64,000 nucleotides of DNA. It comes from Gammaproteobacteria bacterium. GTDB lineage: Bacteria; Pseudomonadota; Gammaproteobacteria; BTQY01. Positions 20,344 to 30,274 of the stretch are shown here, piece after piece. The notes below the pieces were generated by a model, which was not told the origin of the DNA, made no database searches, and worked only from the letters and a program-made list of their open reading frames with translations. The stretch's first letter is position 1, and the number at the start of each line of letters is the position of its first letter. Location of the stretch: assembly GCA_036986115.1 (NCBI GenBank), contig BTQY01000005.1, positions 3,210-67,209 of the forward strand, given 5' to 3'. Position numbers and translations under genes: made by a program.

Positions 20344-21741
20344 TCAGGGTTGCTTGAATTGTTTCAGCATCCGCGCAGCTGCATCACGGACCTGATCAGG
20401 TGCCGTGCCGCCAATATGGTCCCGTGATGCTATGGAGCCTTTCAGGGTTAGTACCTGAAATACATCGTCTGCAATTTCAGCAGAAAACTGTTTTAGCTCT
20501 TCCAGGCCCAGTTCAGCCAGGTCCCTGTTTGAGTCTATGCCAAAACGCACTGCCTTACCGACGATCTCGTGAGCGTCCCGGAATGGGATGTTTTTCCTTA
20601 CCAGGTAATCTGCTAGGTCAGTGGCAGTGGTGTAACCGGCGCCGGCCGCCCTTTCCATGTTGTCACTCTTGATGGTTATCTCCTTCATCATGGCGATAAA
20701 GATAGTCAGCACTGCAATCACCGTATCAACAGTATCAAACAGTGGCTCCTTGTCTTCCTGATTGTCCTTGTTATAGGCCAGTGGCTGGCCCTTCATCAGC
20801 GTCAGCAATGCCATCAGATTGCCAAAGACCCTGGCGCTCTTGCCACGGATCAGTTCCGGGATATCGGGGTTCTTTTTCTGCGGCATGATAGACGAGCCGG
20901 TACAGAACTTGTCTGACAGCTCGATGAAATCAAATTGCGCCGTGGACCACAGGATCAGCTCCTCGGAAAAACGCGACATGTGCATCATCAGGGTGGCGCT
21001 GCAAGACAGAAATTCAATCACAAAATCCCGATCGCTTACCGCATCCAGCGAATTTTCTGTGACACCATCAAAACCCAGCAGTTTGGCCGTGTAGGTCCTG
21101 TCGATCGGGTAGCTAGTGCCGGCCAGCGCCGCCGAGCCCAATGGCATAATATTTACCCGGCTACGACAATCCACCAGCCGGGCACCGTCCCGCCTGAGCA
21201 TCTGGGCCCAGGCGAGCAGATGATGGCCGAAACTGATCGGCTGGGCCGGCTGCAGGTGGGTTAAGCCCGGCATAATGGTCTCTGCCTGTTGTTCCGCCAG
21301 CGTTGCCAGGGTGATACAGGTCTCTGCCAGCAGTGTCGCAATCTTGTCTATCTGATCCCGCAGGTACAGCCGCACGTCGGTAGCGACCTGATCATTACGG
21401 GAACGCCCGGTGTGTAGTTTCTTGCCGACATCACCGATCCTGTCAATCAGGCGGGACTCGATATTCATGTGCACATCTTCCAGCGACACCGACCAGGCGA
21501 ACTGGCCCTGCTCAATATCCCCCCGAATGTCCTCCAGGCCATCAATAATGCTCCGGGATTCAGCCTCGGTCAGGATACCGACGTGCGACAGCATACTCGC
21601 ATGGGCGATAGAGCCTGCGATATCGTACTGGAAGAGCCGCTGGTCAAAAGCCACCGAGGCATTGAATTGTTCCATCATTGCATCGGTGGTCTCCGTGAAG
21701 CGTCCTCCCCAGAGCTTTTTGCCTGTATCCTGATCCGTCAT
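20344..21741 (-). CDS. argH: Argininosuccinate lyase
   Basis: Strong ArgH signature from WGGRFTE onward. Start moved to internal ATG ([15 protein letters not shown]). The listed ORF has a 35-aa unsupported N-terminal extension. Confidence 0.93.
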   Translation of the reverse strand: MTDQDTGKKLWGGRFTETTDAMMEQFNASVAFDQRLFQYDIAGSIAHASMLSHVGILTEAESRSIIDGLEDIRGDIEQGQFAWSVSLEDVHMNIESRLIDRIGDVGKKLHTGRSRNDQVATDVRLYLRDQIDKIATLLAETCITLATLAEQQAETIMPGLTHLQPAQPISFGHHLLAWAQMLRRDGARLVDCRSRVNIMPLGSAALAGTSYPIDRTYTAKLLGFDGVTENSLDAVSDRDFVIEFLSCSATLMMHMSRFSEELILWSTAQFDFIELSDKFCTGSSIMPQKKNPDIPELIRGKSARVFGNLMALLTLMKGQPLAYNKDNQEDKEPLFDTVDTVIAVLTIFIAMMKEITIKSDNMERAAGAGYTTATDLADYLVRKNIPFRDAHEIVGKAVRFGIDSNRDLAELGLEELKQFSAEIADDVFQVLTLKGSIASRDHIGGTAPDQVRDAAARMLKQFKQP

Positions 21742-21864
21742 GAGCTTGTGAAGATGATAAGTATCCGGTGAATTACCGCGCAGTATAGACGATTTCATGC
21801 TGTCTGTGTGAACATGGAGGCACTTGCTACAATTAACGGATAACACTAATCAATCAAAAGTGAT

Positions 21865-22917
21865 ATGGACATAAAAGCGCACCAGGACAAACTGTTTTTA
21901 CCGGATTTTTGCAGTATCCAGGCGGTATTTGCCGTCGTAATCACGGGTGAAATGCTTGCCTTCGTCTTGTCCATCATATCTTCAACAGTTGCCTCATTCT
22001 GGTATGACCTTGGTATGACCTCGTTGTATGTCCAGTGGGTGGTGTTGCTGGGTGCGGCCAGTCTTTGTGTCTCGCGCCGCCTGCTTGCCAAAATGGACAA
22101 TAAACAGGCTGGGCTGGTCGCCTATTTAATTCTTTTATTGATCAGCCTGGCGGTCAGTGAACTGGCCTACTGGTTGATTCATTATCTGCACCTTGGCAGG
22201 CTGGAGATACACAACCAGCATTTACTGTTTACCGCAAGGAACATGGCCATCAGCGCCATTATTTGCGCATTATTATTACGCTACCTTTATATTCAGTACC
22301 AATGGACGGCGCATATACAATCCGAGGCCAACGCCCGCATACAGGCATTACAGGCAAGGATCCGACCACATTTCCTGTTTAACAGCATGAATACCATTGC
22401 CAGCCTGACCAGGGGTCAGTGCAGGCAGGCTGAACAGGCAGTAGAAGATCTGTCTGATCTGTTTCGCGCCAGTCTGACGGATGCCAGCCAGGGGATCCCG
22501 TTCAGTGACGAAATAGATATTGCAAGGCGATACCTGCGCATCGAAAAGTTACGCCTCGAAAAACGACTTGAAGTGGACTGGGATGTTGATGATGTCCCGA
22601 CAGATGCCATTGTGCCTGCATTACTGATCCAGCCGTTATTAGAGAATGCGATTTACCATGGTATTGAGCCAAGAAATGAAGGCGGTACCATTCGAATCTC
22701 CGGGCGACGACACGGTCATCGTCTGGTGGTCTCCATCGATAACCCGTTACCCGACTCAAGCAGAAGCAGCAATCATGATGGTAACCAGATAGCAATGGAA
22801 AATATCAGGCAGCGACTGGCCGTGTTTTATGAGTCGCCCGGGAGCCTGGATATCCAGGTAACCGCAGAGCGCTATCTGGCCGTGCTGGAATTTCCGTATG
22901 TGACGGAAAGGTCATGA
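21865..22917 (+). CDS. algZ: LytS/AlgZ(FimS)-type sensor histidine kinase
   Basis: Multi-TM N-terminus. His_kinase internal-region motif (RPHFLFNSMNTIASL) and HATPase (ENAIYHGIEP). Classical argH-algZ-algR-hemC context. Confidence 0.8.
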   Translation: MDIKAHQDKLFLPDFCSIQAVFAVVITGEMLAFVLSIISSTVASFWYDLGMTSLYVQWVVLLGAASLCVSRRLLAKMDNKQAGLVAYLILLLISLAVSELAYWLIHYLHLGRLEIHNQHLLFTARNMAISAIICALLLRYLYIQYQWTAHIQSEANARIQALQARIRPHFLFNSMNTIASLTRGQCRQAEQAVEDLSDLFRASLTDASQGIPFSDEIDIARRYLRIEKLRLEKRLEVDWDVDDVPTDAIVPALLIQPLLENAIYHGIEPRNEGGTIRISGRRHGHRLVVSIDNPLPDSSRSSNHDGNQIAMENIRQRLAVFYESPGSLDIQVTAERYLAVLEFPYVTERS

Positions 22918-23657
22918 GGATCCTGATCGCTGATGATGAAACGCTGGCGCGCTCGCGCGTTCATTCCCTGCTGGGTGAAATCGGTGGGCACGATGTGGTT
23001 GCCGAGGCAGCCAATGGCGAAGAGGTCATCGAGGCATATAACAGGGTCACCCCGGATCTGATACTGCTGGATATTCGCATGCCAGTGATGGACGGCATGG
23101 AGGCCGCACAACACTTGTCCATGCTGGAATCACCACCTGCAGTCATCTTTACTACGGCTTACGGTGAGCATGCACTGCGGGCATTTGAACTGCATGCAGT
23201 GGATTATTTGTTGAAGCCGATCCGCAAGGCGCGTCTTGAAGAGGCGCTTGCCAGTGCCCGCAGCCTGAACAAGGCACAACTTGCCGCGCTGAAACAGGAT
23301 CAACAGAAACCATACCAGCGTAGTCATATCAGCGTGTGCTCCCGTGGTAATGTTCATCTGATCCCGGTAGCCAATATCATTTATTTCCTGGCCGAGCAGA
23401 AATACATTACCGTCCGGCATACCGGTGGGGAAGATATCATTGAAGATTCACTGAAGAGTCTGGAGAATGAATTTGGCGATAATGTTTTGCGCATCCATCG
23501 CAATGCCCTGTTGGCCACGGCATACCTGGAAGGTCTGGAGAAATCACGCAGTGGTCAGAGCTTCGCCCGTCTGAAAGGCTGTGAGCAGCGGCTGGATGTC
23601 AGTCGGCGGCATGTCGCCGAGGTACGCCGGCAATTAAAGCGGCGCTGTAAAAGTTAG
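22914..23657 (+). CDS. algR: LytTR-family response regulator AlgR
   Basis: Receiver domain (DDE...DILMPVMDG) plus C-terminal LytTR DNA-binding domain. 4-bp overlap with algZ. Confidence 0.85.
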   Translation: MRILIADDETLARSRVHSLLGEIGGHDVVAEAANGEEVIEAYNRVTPDLILLDIRMPVMDGMEAAQHLSMLESPPAVIFTTAYGEHALRAFELHAVDYLLKPIRKARLEEALASARSLNKAQLAALKQDQQKPYQRSHISVCSRGNVHLIPVANIIYFLAEQKYITVRHTGGEDIIEDSLKSLENEFGDNVLRIHRNALLATAYLEGLEKSRSGQSFARLKGCEQRLDVSRRHVAEVRRQLKRRCKS

Positions 23658-23665
23658 GCGGGTTT

Positions 23666-24196
23666 TTATTTTCGGGCGATGCCTGGACGGCTGCGCAACA
23701 CGGCCCTGGATTTGTCGATAGCTTCATCCAGATAGGCGCCATAATAATCAATGGTATTGATGCCAATCATGCGCGGTTGTAATTCCTTGCCCTTATCATC
23801 AAGGAACAGCACCGTGGGGGTGACTATGACTCCCCGGTTACTGGCAAAGTCCTCTGGCGAGATGGCCGCACCATTGAAATCCGTCACATCATCATCGCGG
23901 CTGATATCCAGAGTGCGAATGATGACCTTGTCCACGTAATCACCACTGATAATCATCGGACGAATAAATTCATTTTTCAGCAGGGTGCAATAACCACATT
24001 CCCTGGTAACCACGGCCAGCATCATCGGCAGACCACGGTCGCGAACCATTTTGGCATCGTTGCTAAAGTCCTGGGCGCTGGGTAGTGGTAATACTGCCGT
24101 GGGGTCCGGACGATGCTGTGATTCATTTTCGGACAGGTGCGCCTGACCCCACACCAGCCCGCTTGCCAGTAAGATTGTCCACAGCAGATGTCGCAT
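23666..24196 (-). CDS. Periplasmic thioredoxin-fold protein (CGYC motif)
   Basis: Signal peptide; CxxC = CGYC in a thioredoxin-like context. Confidence 0.6.
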   Translation of the reverse strand: MRHLLWTILLASGLVWGQAHLSENESQHRPDPTAVLPLPSAQDFSNDAKMVRDRGLPMMLAVVTRECGYCTLLKNEFIRPMIISGDYVDKVIIRTLDISRDDDVTDFNGAAISPEDFASNRGVIVTPTVLFLDDKGKELQPRMIGINTIDYYGAYLDEAIDKSRAVLRSRPGIARK

Positions 24197-24425
24197 TTGT
24201 GTCTTTTCTCCGCAGAGCCTATCGACCGAAGTCGTGGCATCATTATAGTGTAATTGTTTAGGGAAACGTGTCTCCGAAGCGGCTTTTCCGGTAATATTAT
24301 GCGGAAACCGTCGCGGACAGCCTAATAATCACTAATATAATCAATTAGTTGGAAGTTCCATGCTATCATGTGCGGTCATCCACACATAAGTTATAGAGAG
24401 TTTTGCTTTAAAAAGGTTCATATAC

Positions 24426-25373
24426 GTGTCTGAAAATATTGTCCGTATTGCCACCCGTCGCAGCCCGCTGGCATTGTGGCAGGCCAACCACGTCAAGGAT
24501 GCCCTGCAACAGGCCCATCCGGGTATCCAGGTCGCCCTGCTGCAGATGACGACCAGCGGTGACAGGATCCTGGATACACCGCTGGCCAAGGTCGGTGGCA
24601 AGGGCTTGTTTGTCAAGGAACTGGAGCGGGCGCTGCTGGATGGCGAGGCAGATATTGCGGTGCACTCGATGAAGGACGTCCCGGTGGCATTACCGCAGGG
24701 GCTGCATCTGCCGGTGATCATGAAACGTGAAGACCCACGGGATGCCTTCGTCTCGAACCATTTTAATGACTTCGACGAGCTGCCACAGGGCGCCCGTCTG
24801 GGGACCTCCAGCCTGCGGCGGCAATGCCAGCTAAAGCAGCGCCGACCGGATCTGCTCGTCCTCGATTTACGCGGTAACGTGAACAGCCGTCTGCAAAAGC
24901 TTGATGAGGGCCGGTATGACGCCATCATACTGGCCTCGGCGGGACTGATACGGCTGGGTCTTGCCGAGCGTATTCGTACCAGCCTGCCGACCGAGATCAG
25001 CCTGCCGGCGATAGGCCAGGGTGCGGTCGGAATCGAATGCCGTGCCGATGATGCGCGCGTCAATGAATTGATTACGCCACTGGATCATGCCGACACCCAT
25101 ACCTGTGTGGCGGCTGAACGCGCCATGAATACCCGCCTGGAGGGGGGTTGCCAGGTGCCGATCGCCGGTTTTGCCGAACTGCAGAAAGACACCCTGTTTA
25201 TGCGCGGTCTGGTGGGTGAGCCCGATGGCAGCCAGGTGGTGCAAGGTGACATTGCCGGCCATTCTAGCCATGCCGAGGAGCTGGGCACGGTGCTGGCGGA
25301 AGACCTGCTGGCGCGCGGTGCGCAGCGGATACTCAGCTCCCTGTATGCCAGTCACGCCCCCCACAGGGACTAA
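24426..25373 (+). CDS. hemC: Porphobilinogen deaminase (hydroxymethylbilane synthase)
   Basis: GTG start. N-terminus [15 protein letters not shown]; dipyrromethane cofactor Cys region. Confidence 0.93.
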   Translation: MSENIVRIATRRSPLALWQANHVKDALQQAHPGIQVALLQMTTSGDRILDTPLAKVGGKGLFVKELERALLDGEADIAVHSMKDVPVALPQGLHLPVIMKREDPRDAFVSNHFNDFDELPQGARLGTSSLRRQCQLKQRRPDLLVLDLRGNVNSRLQKLDEGRYDAIILASAGLIRLGLAERIRTSLPTEISLPAIGQGAVGIECRADDARVNELITPLDHADTHTCVAAERAMNTRLEGGCQVPIAGFAELQKDTLFMRGLVGEPDGSQVVQGDIAGHSSHAEELGTVLAEDLLARGAQRILSSLYASHAPHRD

Positions 25374-25379
25374 GCTACC

Positions 25380-26189
25380 TTGACCTCATCTGACCAAGAT
25401 ACTGATTTTCTGAAAGATATCGGAATACTGGTGACCCGGCCCAGGCTTCAGGCCGAGACACTGTGCGAGTCAATTGAGGCGGCCGGCGGCACGGCTATCC
25501 GCTTTCCGACCTTACAGATCCTGCCGGCCAGGGATCCTGATTCAGTCATTACCACGTTGCTCGAAGTGGCGCCGATCAATATGGCCGTATTTGTCAGCGC
25601 CAATGCGGCCGAGGGCGCATGGCAGGTGCTGGCGGCCGAAGGCTTCAAAGAGTATCTCGCCGCTGCCTCGATTGCCGCGATGGGCCGGCAAACCGCCATC
25701 CGTCTGCACGCCCATGGCATACACGCGGACCTGGTTCCGCCCGCACCGCACAACACCGAGTCACTACTGGCGATGCCGGCCCTGATACAGGTGCAATCAA
25801 CGCAGGTTGTGATCTTCCGCGGTGAATCCGGGCGTGAAACCCTGGCCGAGGAATTGCGGCGCCGTGGCGCCCGGGTCAATTATGCCGCCGTGTATGATCG
25901 CTGCGCCCCGCAGGGAGATGAAGCCGATCCCGGCGAGCTGATACAGCGATGGCATCACCGGGAAGTGAACGTGGTCACGGCCACCAGTAATGAAACCCTG
26001 CAGAATCTGTATGACATGCTCGGTGAAGCCGGCCGGCAACTGTTGCTGGCGACGCCCCTGATAGTGATGAGCCGGCGTGCCGTGTCTCTTGCACAGCAAC
26101 TCGGATTCCAACACACTCCTGTTATTGCCACAGATGCAAGTGAGCTGGCGATGATGCAGGCACTACGTCGATGGCGACGACTATACTGA
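25380..26189 (+). CDS. hemD: Uroporphyrinogen-III synthase
   Basis: GILVTRP N-terminal motif, HEM4 fold length, position after hemC. Start codon is non-canonical or ambiguous. Confidence 0.8.
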   Translation: MTSSDQDTDFLKDIGILVTRPRLQAETLCESIEAAGGTAIRFPTLQILPARDPDSVITTLLEVAPINMAVFVSANAAEGAWQVLAAEGFKEYLAAASIAAMGRQTAIRLHAHGIHADLVPPAPHNTESLLAMPALIQVQSTQVVIFRGESGRETLAEELRRRGARVNYAAVYDRCAPQGDEADPGELIQRWHHREVNVVTATSNETLQNLYDMLGEAGRQLLLATPLIVMSRRAVSLAQQLGFQHTPVIATDASELAMMQALRRWRRLY

Positions 26190-26332
26190 GCCGGGGCCCG
26201 ACATCTGGCTGGGCATAGTGGCTTAAGCTGTGGGGAGCTATAATTACTGGTAATGGCAACTCAAATACGATTGGGCGGCGCAGTTAAGTGCTGTTAAAGC
26301 ATTCTATTTTATGTACTCTTTAAGGAGCCTGC

Positions 26333-27550
26333 ATGGCAGAGCCAACACAAGACGATAATGTCAACAAGCCTGGAGACAAGTCCAAAAAGAAGCTGAGCAG
26401 AAAGAAGACTGCTGCAACTACGAAAAAGACACAAACTAGGCATAAAGATAGTGGGGCTGATACATCAGTCGCTGCATCATTGGCCACACCGCATAAGCCG
26501 TCAAAGGGGCCGATGGCCGTGTCAATCATCGCCTTGCTGATCAGCCTGACGATCGCCGCTATCGGGGCAATGTTCGTGCTGCGGACCCAGGACAAGATAG
26601 GTATTGCGGATCGCCAAACCTCGCAGCTGGATCAAGCTGTCGCACAATTAAAACAGGCCGCCACAGAAGAATCCCGAAAACTTTCCATTGGTCTGCAGGC
26701 CATCCATGAATCAGAAACCAGATTACAAAATTCAATAAAGGCGTTGTTTTCCGAGGTCGGCCGCAGCAAGAGTGACTGGGCCATTGCCGAGGCGGAGTAT
26801 TTAATCGTGGTGGCAAACCATCGTTTGCTCCTCGAACAGGACATGCATACGGCATTAACTGCACTGCAGTTGGCCAAACAGCGGATCAAGGATGTTGAGG
26901 ATCCAAAACTGGTGGCGGTGCGCACATCGTTAAACACAGATATCGCGACACTGGAGCAGCACCAGGGAAAGGCTAAACTCGGGCCGATGTCGCGCATTGA
27001 CAGTTTGCTCGAGCGACTGGATGATCTGCCGCTGGTGTCTGCTGCCAGGAGTGATGCCAGGCCGACAGGAGAACAACCGCTAAGCGTGGACAAGGCGGCG
27101 GATGAAACACCGATATGGGAAACTGCGATGCGGGAACTCGGGCAGATCCTGTCAGAGCTCGTCATCATACGCCGGCAAGATGAATCACTTCTGCCATTGC
27201 TAACGCCCCGGCAGCAATTTTTTCTGTTTGAAAACCTGCGGCTGCAACTGGAAACAGCAAGGCTTGCAGCATTGCGCAGGGATGCATTACTGTATAAACA
27301 AACCCTGCAACGAACAGCAAAGTGGCTGCGACAACACTTTGATGAAAATGCTGAGCGGGTGAAGTCGTTTCTGCAGGAAGTGAACAAACTTGAAGATATC
27401 AATGTTGCGCCAACGATGCCGGACATCTCGGCATCCCTGGCGGCCATACGTTCTGTTGGAAAGGAACATGCAAAGGCGGCTGTTCCGGCAGATCAACCAG
27501 ACAGGAAGACGGCAACGGAAACAAAGCCTGACAAGGACAACACAGAATGA
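26333..27550 (+). CDS. hemX: HemX-family membrane protein (annotated uroporphyrinogen-III C-methyltransferase-like)
   Basis: Lys-rich N-terminus, single TM, long coiled-coil periplasmic region; hemCDXY position. Confidence 0.8.
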   Translation: MAEPTQDDNVNKPGDKSKKKLSRKKTAATTKKTQTRHKDSGADTSVAASLATPHKPSKGPMAVSIIALLISLTIAAIGAMFVLRTQDKIGIADRQTSQLDQAVAQLKQAATEESRKLSIGLQAIHESETRLQNSIKALFSEVGRSKSDWAIAEAEYLIVVANHRLLLEQDMHTALTALQLAKQRIKDVEDPKLVAVRTSLNTDIATLEQHQGKAKLGPMSRIDSLLERLDDLPLVSAARSDARPTGEQPLSVDKAADETPIWETAMRELGQILSELVIIRRQDESLLPLLTPRQQFFLFENLRLQLETARLAALRRDALLYKQTLQRTAKWLRQHFDENAERVKSFLQEVNKLEDINVAPTMPDISASLAAIRSVGKEHAKAAVPADQPDRKTATETKPDKDNTE

Positions 27551-28731
27551 AATTTTTACTGAAATTCATTCTGGTGCTGTTAATTGGTGTTGCGGTGGCA
27601 CTGATCGCCAAGAAGGACCCCGGTTATATCATTATCAATCGCAGTCCCTGGCTGGTGGAGACCAGCCTGACGTTCTTTGTGTTTGCAATATTATCGTTTT
27701 TTACACTGCTGTATTATTTGATACGTTTTATCAGTAATACCCGGCGGCTTTCCGAACGTTTCGAGCAATGGAAGAAACAACGTCGCTCCCGTCGTGGTGC
27801 CCGGGCACTGACCAGGGGTCTGATCAAACTGGCAGAACGTCAGTGGCAGGCGGCTGAAAAGGAGCTGCTGCGTTATGCCGATGACAGTGATACACCCTTA
27901 CTAAACTATTTGGCCGCCGCCAGTGCGGCGCAGGGGCAGGATGCCCATGAACGTCGTGATCAATACCTGCACAAGGCACACCAGAGCATGCCGGCGGCAG
28001 ACCTGGCAGTGGGCCTGACCCAGGCAGAATTACAATTGCGCCATCAGCAGCTGGAACAGGCACTGGCCACCTTGACGCACCTGCGGCAATTGTCACCGCG
28101 TCATGGACATGTACTGAAGTTGCTGATGCGTCTCTATGAAGACCTGAATGACTGGCGACACCTGCGTGAACTGTTACCCGAACTGCGTCGTCGTCGGGTG
28201 TTGAATGCTGAGGACCATGCTGCACTGGAACGTCGGGTTTATGTCGCGCTGATGGACACCGCCATCAGTTCCGGCGTCAGGGAAGTCACCTTTGATCTAT
28301 GGGCACAATTACCGAAACAACTGCGTCGCGATGAAGACATTGTCGAGGTTTATAGCCGTTTCCTGGCAGATAATGGCGCTGAGATGGAAGCTGAAAAGTT
28401 ATTAAGAGAAACGCTCCGGCATGTCTGGAGCGAGAAGCTGGTGTTAATGTACGGCCAGATCCACACCGGGGCCATTGTCAGGCAACTGGCCACCGCGGAG
28501 CGCTGGTTGAATGGCCGCGAAACCAATCCGATTTTATTACTCACGCTGGGCCGGCTGAGTATGGCAAACAGCCTGTGGGGCAAGGCACGTTCTTATCTTG
28601 AGACCAGTCTGGCAAGCAGCGCCATGCCAGAGACTTACCAGGCCCTTGGCGACCTGTTGGTGGAGACCAGTGATGCCGATGCCGCCGCCGATTATTTTGA
28701 AAAGGGATTAAAGTTGGCGTTGCAGAAATAG
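27547..28731 (+). CDS. hemY: HemY N-terminal domain/TPR membrane protein
   Basis: Two N-terminal TM helices followed by TPR-like helical repeats. 4-bp overlap with hemX. Confidence 0.8.
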   Translation: MKFLLKFILVLLIGVAVALIAKKDPGYIIINRSPWLVETSLTFFVFAILSFFTLLYYLIRFISNTRRLSERFEQWKKQRRSRRGARALTRGLIKLAERQWQAAEKELLRYADDSDTPLLNYLAAASAAQGQDAHERRDQYLHKAHQSMPAADLAVGLTQAELQLRHQQLEQALATLTHLRQLSPRHGHVLKLLMRLYEDLNDWRHLRELLPELRRRRVLNAEDHAALERRVYVALMDTAISSGVREVTFDLWAQLPKQLRRDEDIVEVYSRFLADNGAEMEAEKLLRETLRHVWSEKLVLMYGQIHTGAIVRQLATAERWLNGRETNPILLLTLGRLSMANSLWGKARSYLETSLASSAMPETYQALGDLLVETSDADAAADYFEKGLKLALQK

Positions 28732-29235
28732 ATCTTTAGTCCGCAAATGAAAGCAAATAAATATCATAACGATAAATCAGTGGCAACATAATGAAACCAT
28801 TTGATTTTAAGTGCCCATCATGCGAAAGAAAACATATTATTCAAATATATTCTGGTGGCATGAGTGATGCGGATTCTATGAGGTGCACAAATTGTGATGC
28901 GACTGTTATTTTTGATTTGTACGATGTTGCGTTGGGGGGGAAAAAGAAACTAGTGTGTGAGTGCGGGGGTAAATTATCACGTATCGCACCGCTTAGATGT
29001 CCAAAATGTAACAATATTGTCGATATTTCAGCGATAAAAAAGCAAATAAACTGGTGGGGCTCAAAAGAAGGATCGCCGGGGGTTATTATGGGTAAACAAT
29101 TAGATCAAAAAAAATACCTGGATTATTGATGAATAAATAGGGGCTTTGAGAAAGGCCAGTACCGTGCGATTAGTTAGTACTCTGAATAGTTAAGATTTTC
29201 ATTTGCGTGAATTTGCGGACTAGATCTTTTATGAA
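28731..29235. mobile_element. TIR-bounded mini-element (~0.5 kb) carrying the zinc-ribbon ORF
   Basis: Left end TAGATCTTTAGTCCGCAAATGAAAGCAAATAAAT (28731-28765). Right end reverse-complement AAAAGATCTAGTCCGCAAATTCACGCAAATGAAAAT (29195-29230). About 28/32 bp match in inverted orientation. Confidence 0.5.
28791..29129 (+). CDS. Small double zinc-ribbon protein of unknown function
   Basis: Four CxxC pairs (CPSC...CTNC; CECGG...CPKC). AT-rich codon usage distinct from neighbours. Bounded by terminal inverted repeats. Confidence 0.45.
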   Translation: MKPFDFKCPSCERKHIIQIYSGGMSDADSMRCTNCDATVIFDLYDVALGGKKKLVCECGGKLSRIAPLRCPKCNNIVDISAIKKQINWWGSKEGSPGVIMGKQLDQKKYLDY

Positions 29236-29263
29236 CGTTGCTTTTTCCCATGGGCAAATTCAG

Positions 29264-29390
29264 CCGCATCCGGCCATGGACCACAATACCCGATTAAAAT
29301 GATTGGGTATTATCCAGGATTCGGCGGGGGATAAACACCGGCAGTCTATACGAAGAGCGGCCCGGTGAGGTGACCGCCACTGAGGTGCCT
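29264..29390 (+). repeat. Direct repeat copy 1 (~125 bp) flanking the RES-Xre islet
   Basis: GCCATGGACCACAATACCCGATTAAAATGATTGGGTATTATCCAGGATTCGG... about 85% identical to 31221-31337. Contains an AATACCC..GGGTATT hairpin. Confidence 0.7.
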
Positions 29391-29768
29391 GATGTGAAGT
29401 TGGAACACATTCGTTACTCAAGTAAACGAATGCGTGTTTTGGCGGATGATATGAAGTCTGCCGACCAAATGACAGAAGACCATATGAAAAATATTCTTAC
29501 TACAAAGTATTCGCATTGGCGATATGAACAGGAAGTACGAGTGTATAGCGGTCTTGATCCAATAGACGATAATGGATTTTCCTTTAGCGATTTTGGTTCG
29601 AAGCTGGAGTTAAAGCGGGTTATCGTTGGTGCTCGATCGTTAATCACAAGAGCAATGATTGCGGAGGCTCTTGGCGGATTATCCGCCGGTGTTAAAACGT
29701 ACAAAGCAAGAGCCTCCTTTAAATCATTCAGAATTGTTCGCAATAAAGATGAGACTTTATGGGCCTAA
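29370..29768 (+). CDS. Hypothetical protein, possibly C-terminal fragment of a DUF2971-like protein
   Basis: GTG start lies inside a 120-bp direct repeat. WRYEQEVRV motif resembles the ExEWR signature of DUF2971. No recognisable N-terminal domain. Confidence 0.35.
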   Translation: MTATEVPDVKLEHIRYSSKRMRVLADDMKSADQMTEDHMKNILTTKYSHWRYEQEVRVYSGLDPIDDNGFSFSDFGSKLELKRVIVGARSLITRAMIAEALGGLSAGVKTYKARASFKSFRIVRNKDETLWA

Positions 29769-29821
29769 TAAACTATTATGTTTTCTGCTGGTACAGCACT
29801 AGATCAATCACTGTCCTTTAA

Positions 29822-30274
29822 TTAAAGCTGTGTACCAAATAATCTTGGGTCAAAACTAAAAGGCCTTATGTCTTTGGTTTTTACTAGAGAAATATCTGCG
29901 CGGAGTGGATTTATAAGAATATTTGCTTCTTGCGGTATAACGACAGATTTAACTTCGAGGCCCGGATTTTTACATAAATGTAACCATTTATCGCCATAGT
30001 CACGAGTGGCCTGAATGTCATGAAAATCTATTTTTTTGCGCATCTTTTGTATGTGAAAACTTTCGGAGACATCGATTTCAATACTGACATGATTATCAGG
30101 AATGTCTTCGGCATCAATTTCCAGATGTACCATTAACTCAAGAACAGCCAGTGACAAATGACTGGATGTATACACTACCGGAAGACCCGGCGTATTCCAT
30201 CGACCGCCCTTCAATTTAGCGCCTACACCATCCAGGTTAGTAAAATCTTTGTGCGACAGTCGCCATACGATCAT
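29822..30274 (-). CDS. RES-domain toxin (NAD+-targeting type II toxin, ParT/MbcT-like)
   Basis: 150-aa protein with conserved Arg (GGRWN), Glu and Ser of the RES fold. Overlaps the upstream antitoxin by 4 bp. Confidence 0.85.
   Translation of the reverse strand: MIVWRLSHKDFTNLDGVGAKLKGGRWNTPGLPVVYTSSHLSLAVLELMVHLEIDAEDIPDNHVSIEIDVSESFHIQKMRKKIDFHDIQATRDYGDKWLHLCKNPGLEVKSVVIPQEANILINPLRADISLVKTKDIRPFSFDPRLFGTQL

Noticed and set aside
24341-25063. 240-aa ORF on the minus strand
   Set aside because: Fully antisense to hemC. Ser/Arg-rich low-complexity translation typical of reverse-strand artefacts in GC-rich coding DNA.
26320-27447. Minus-strand ORFs of 91 and 271 aa
   Set aside because: Antisense to hemX; low-complexity Ser/Ala-rich.
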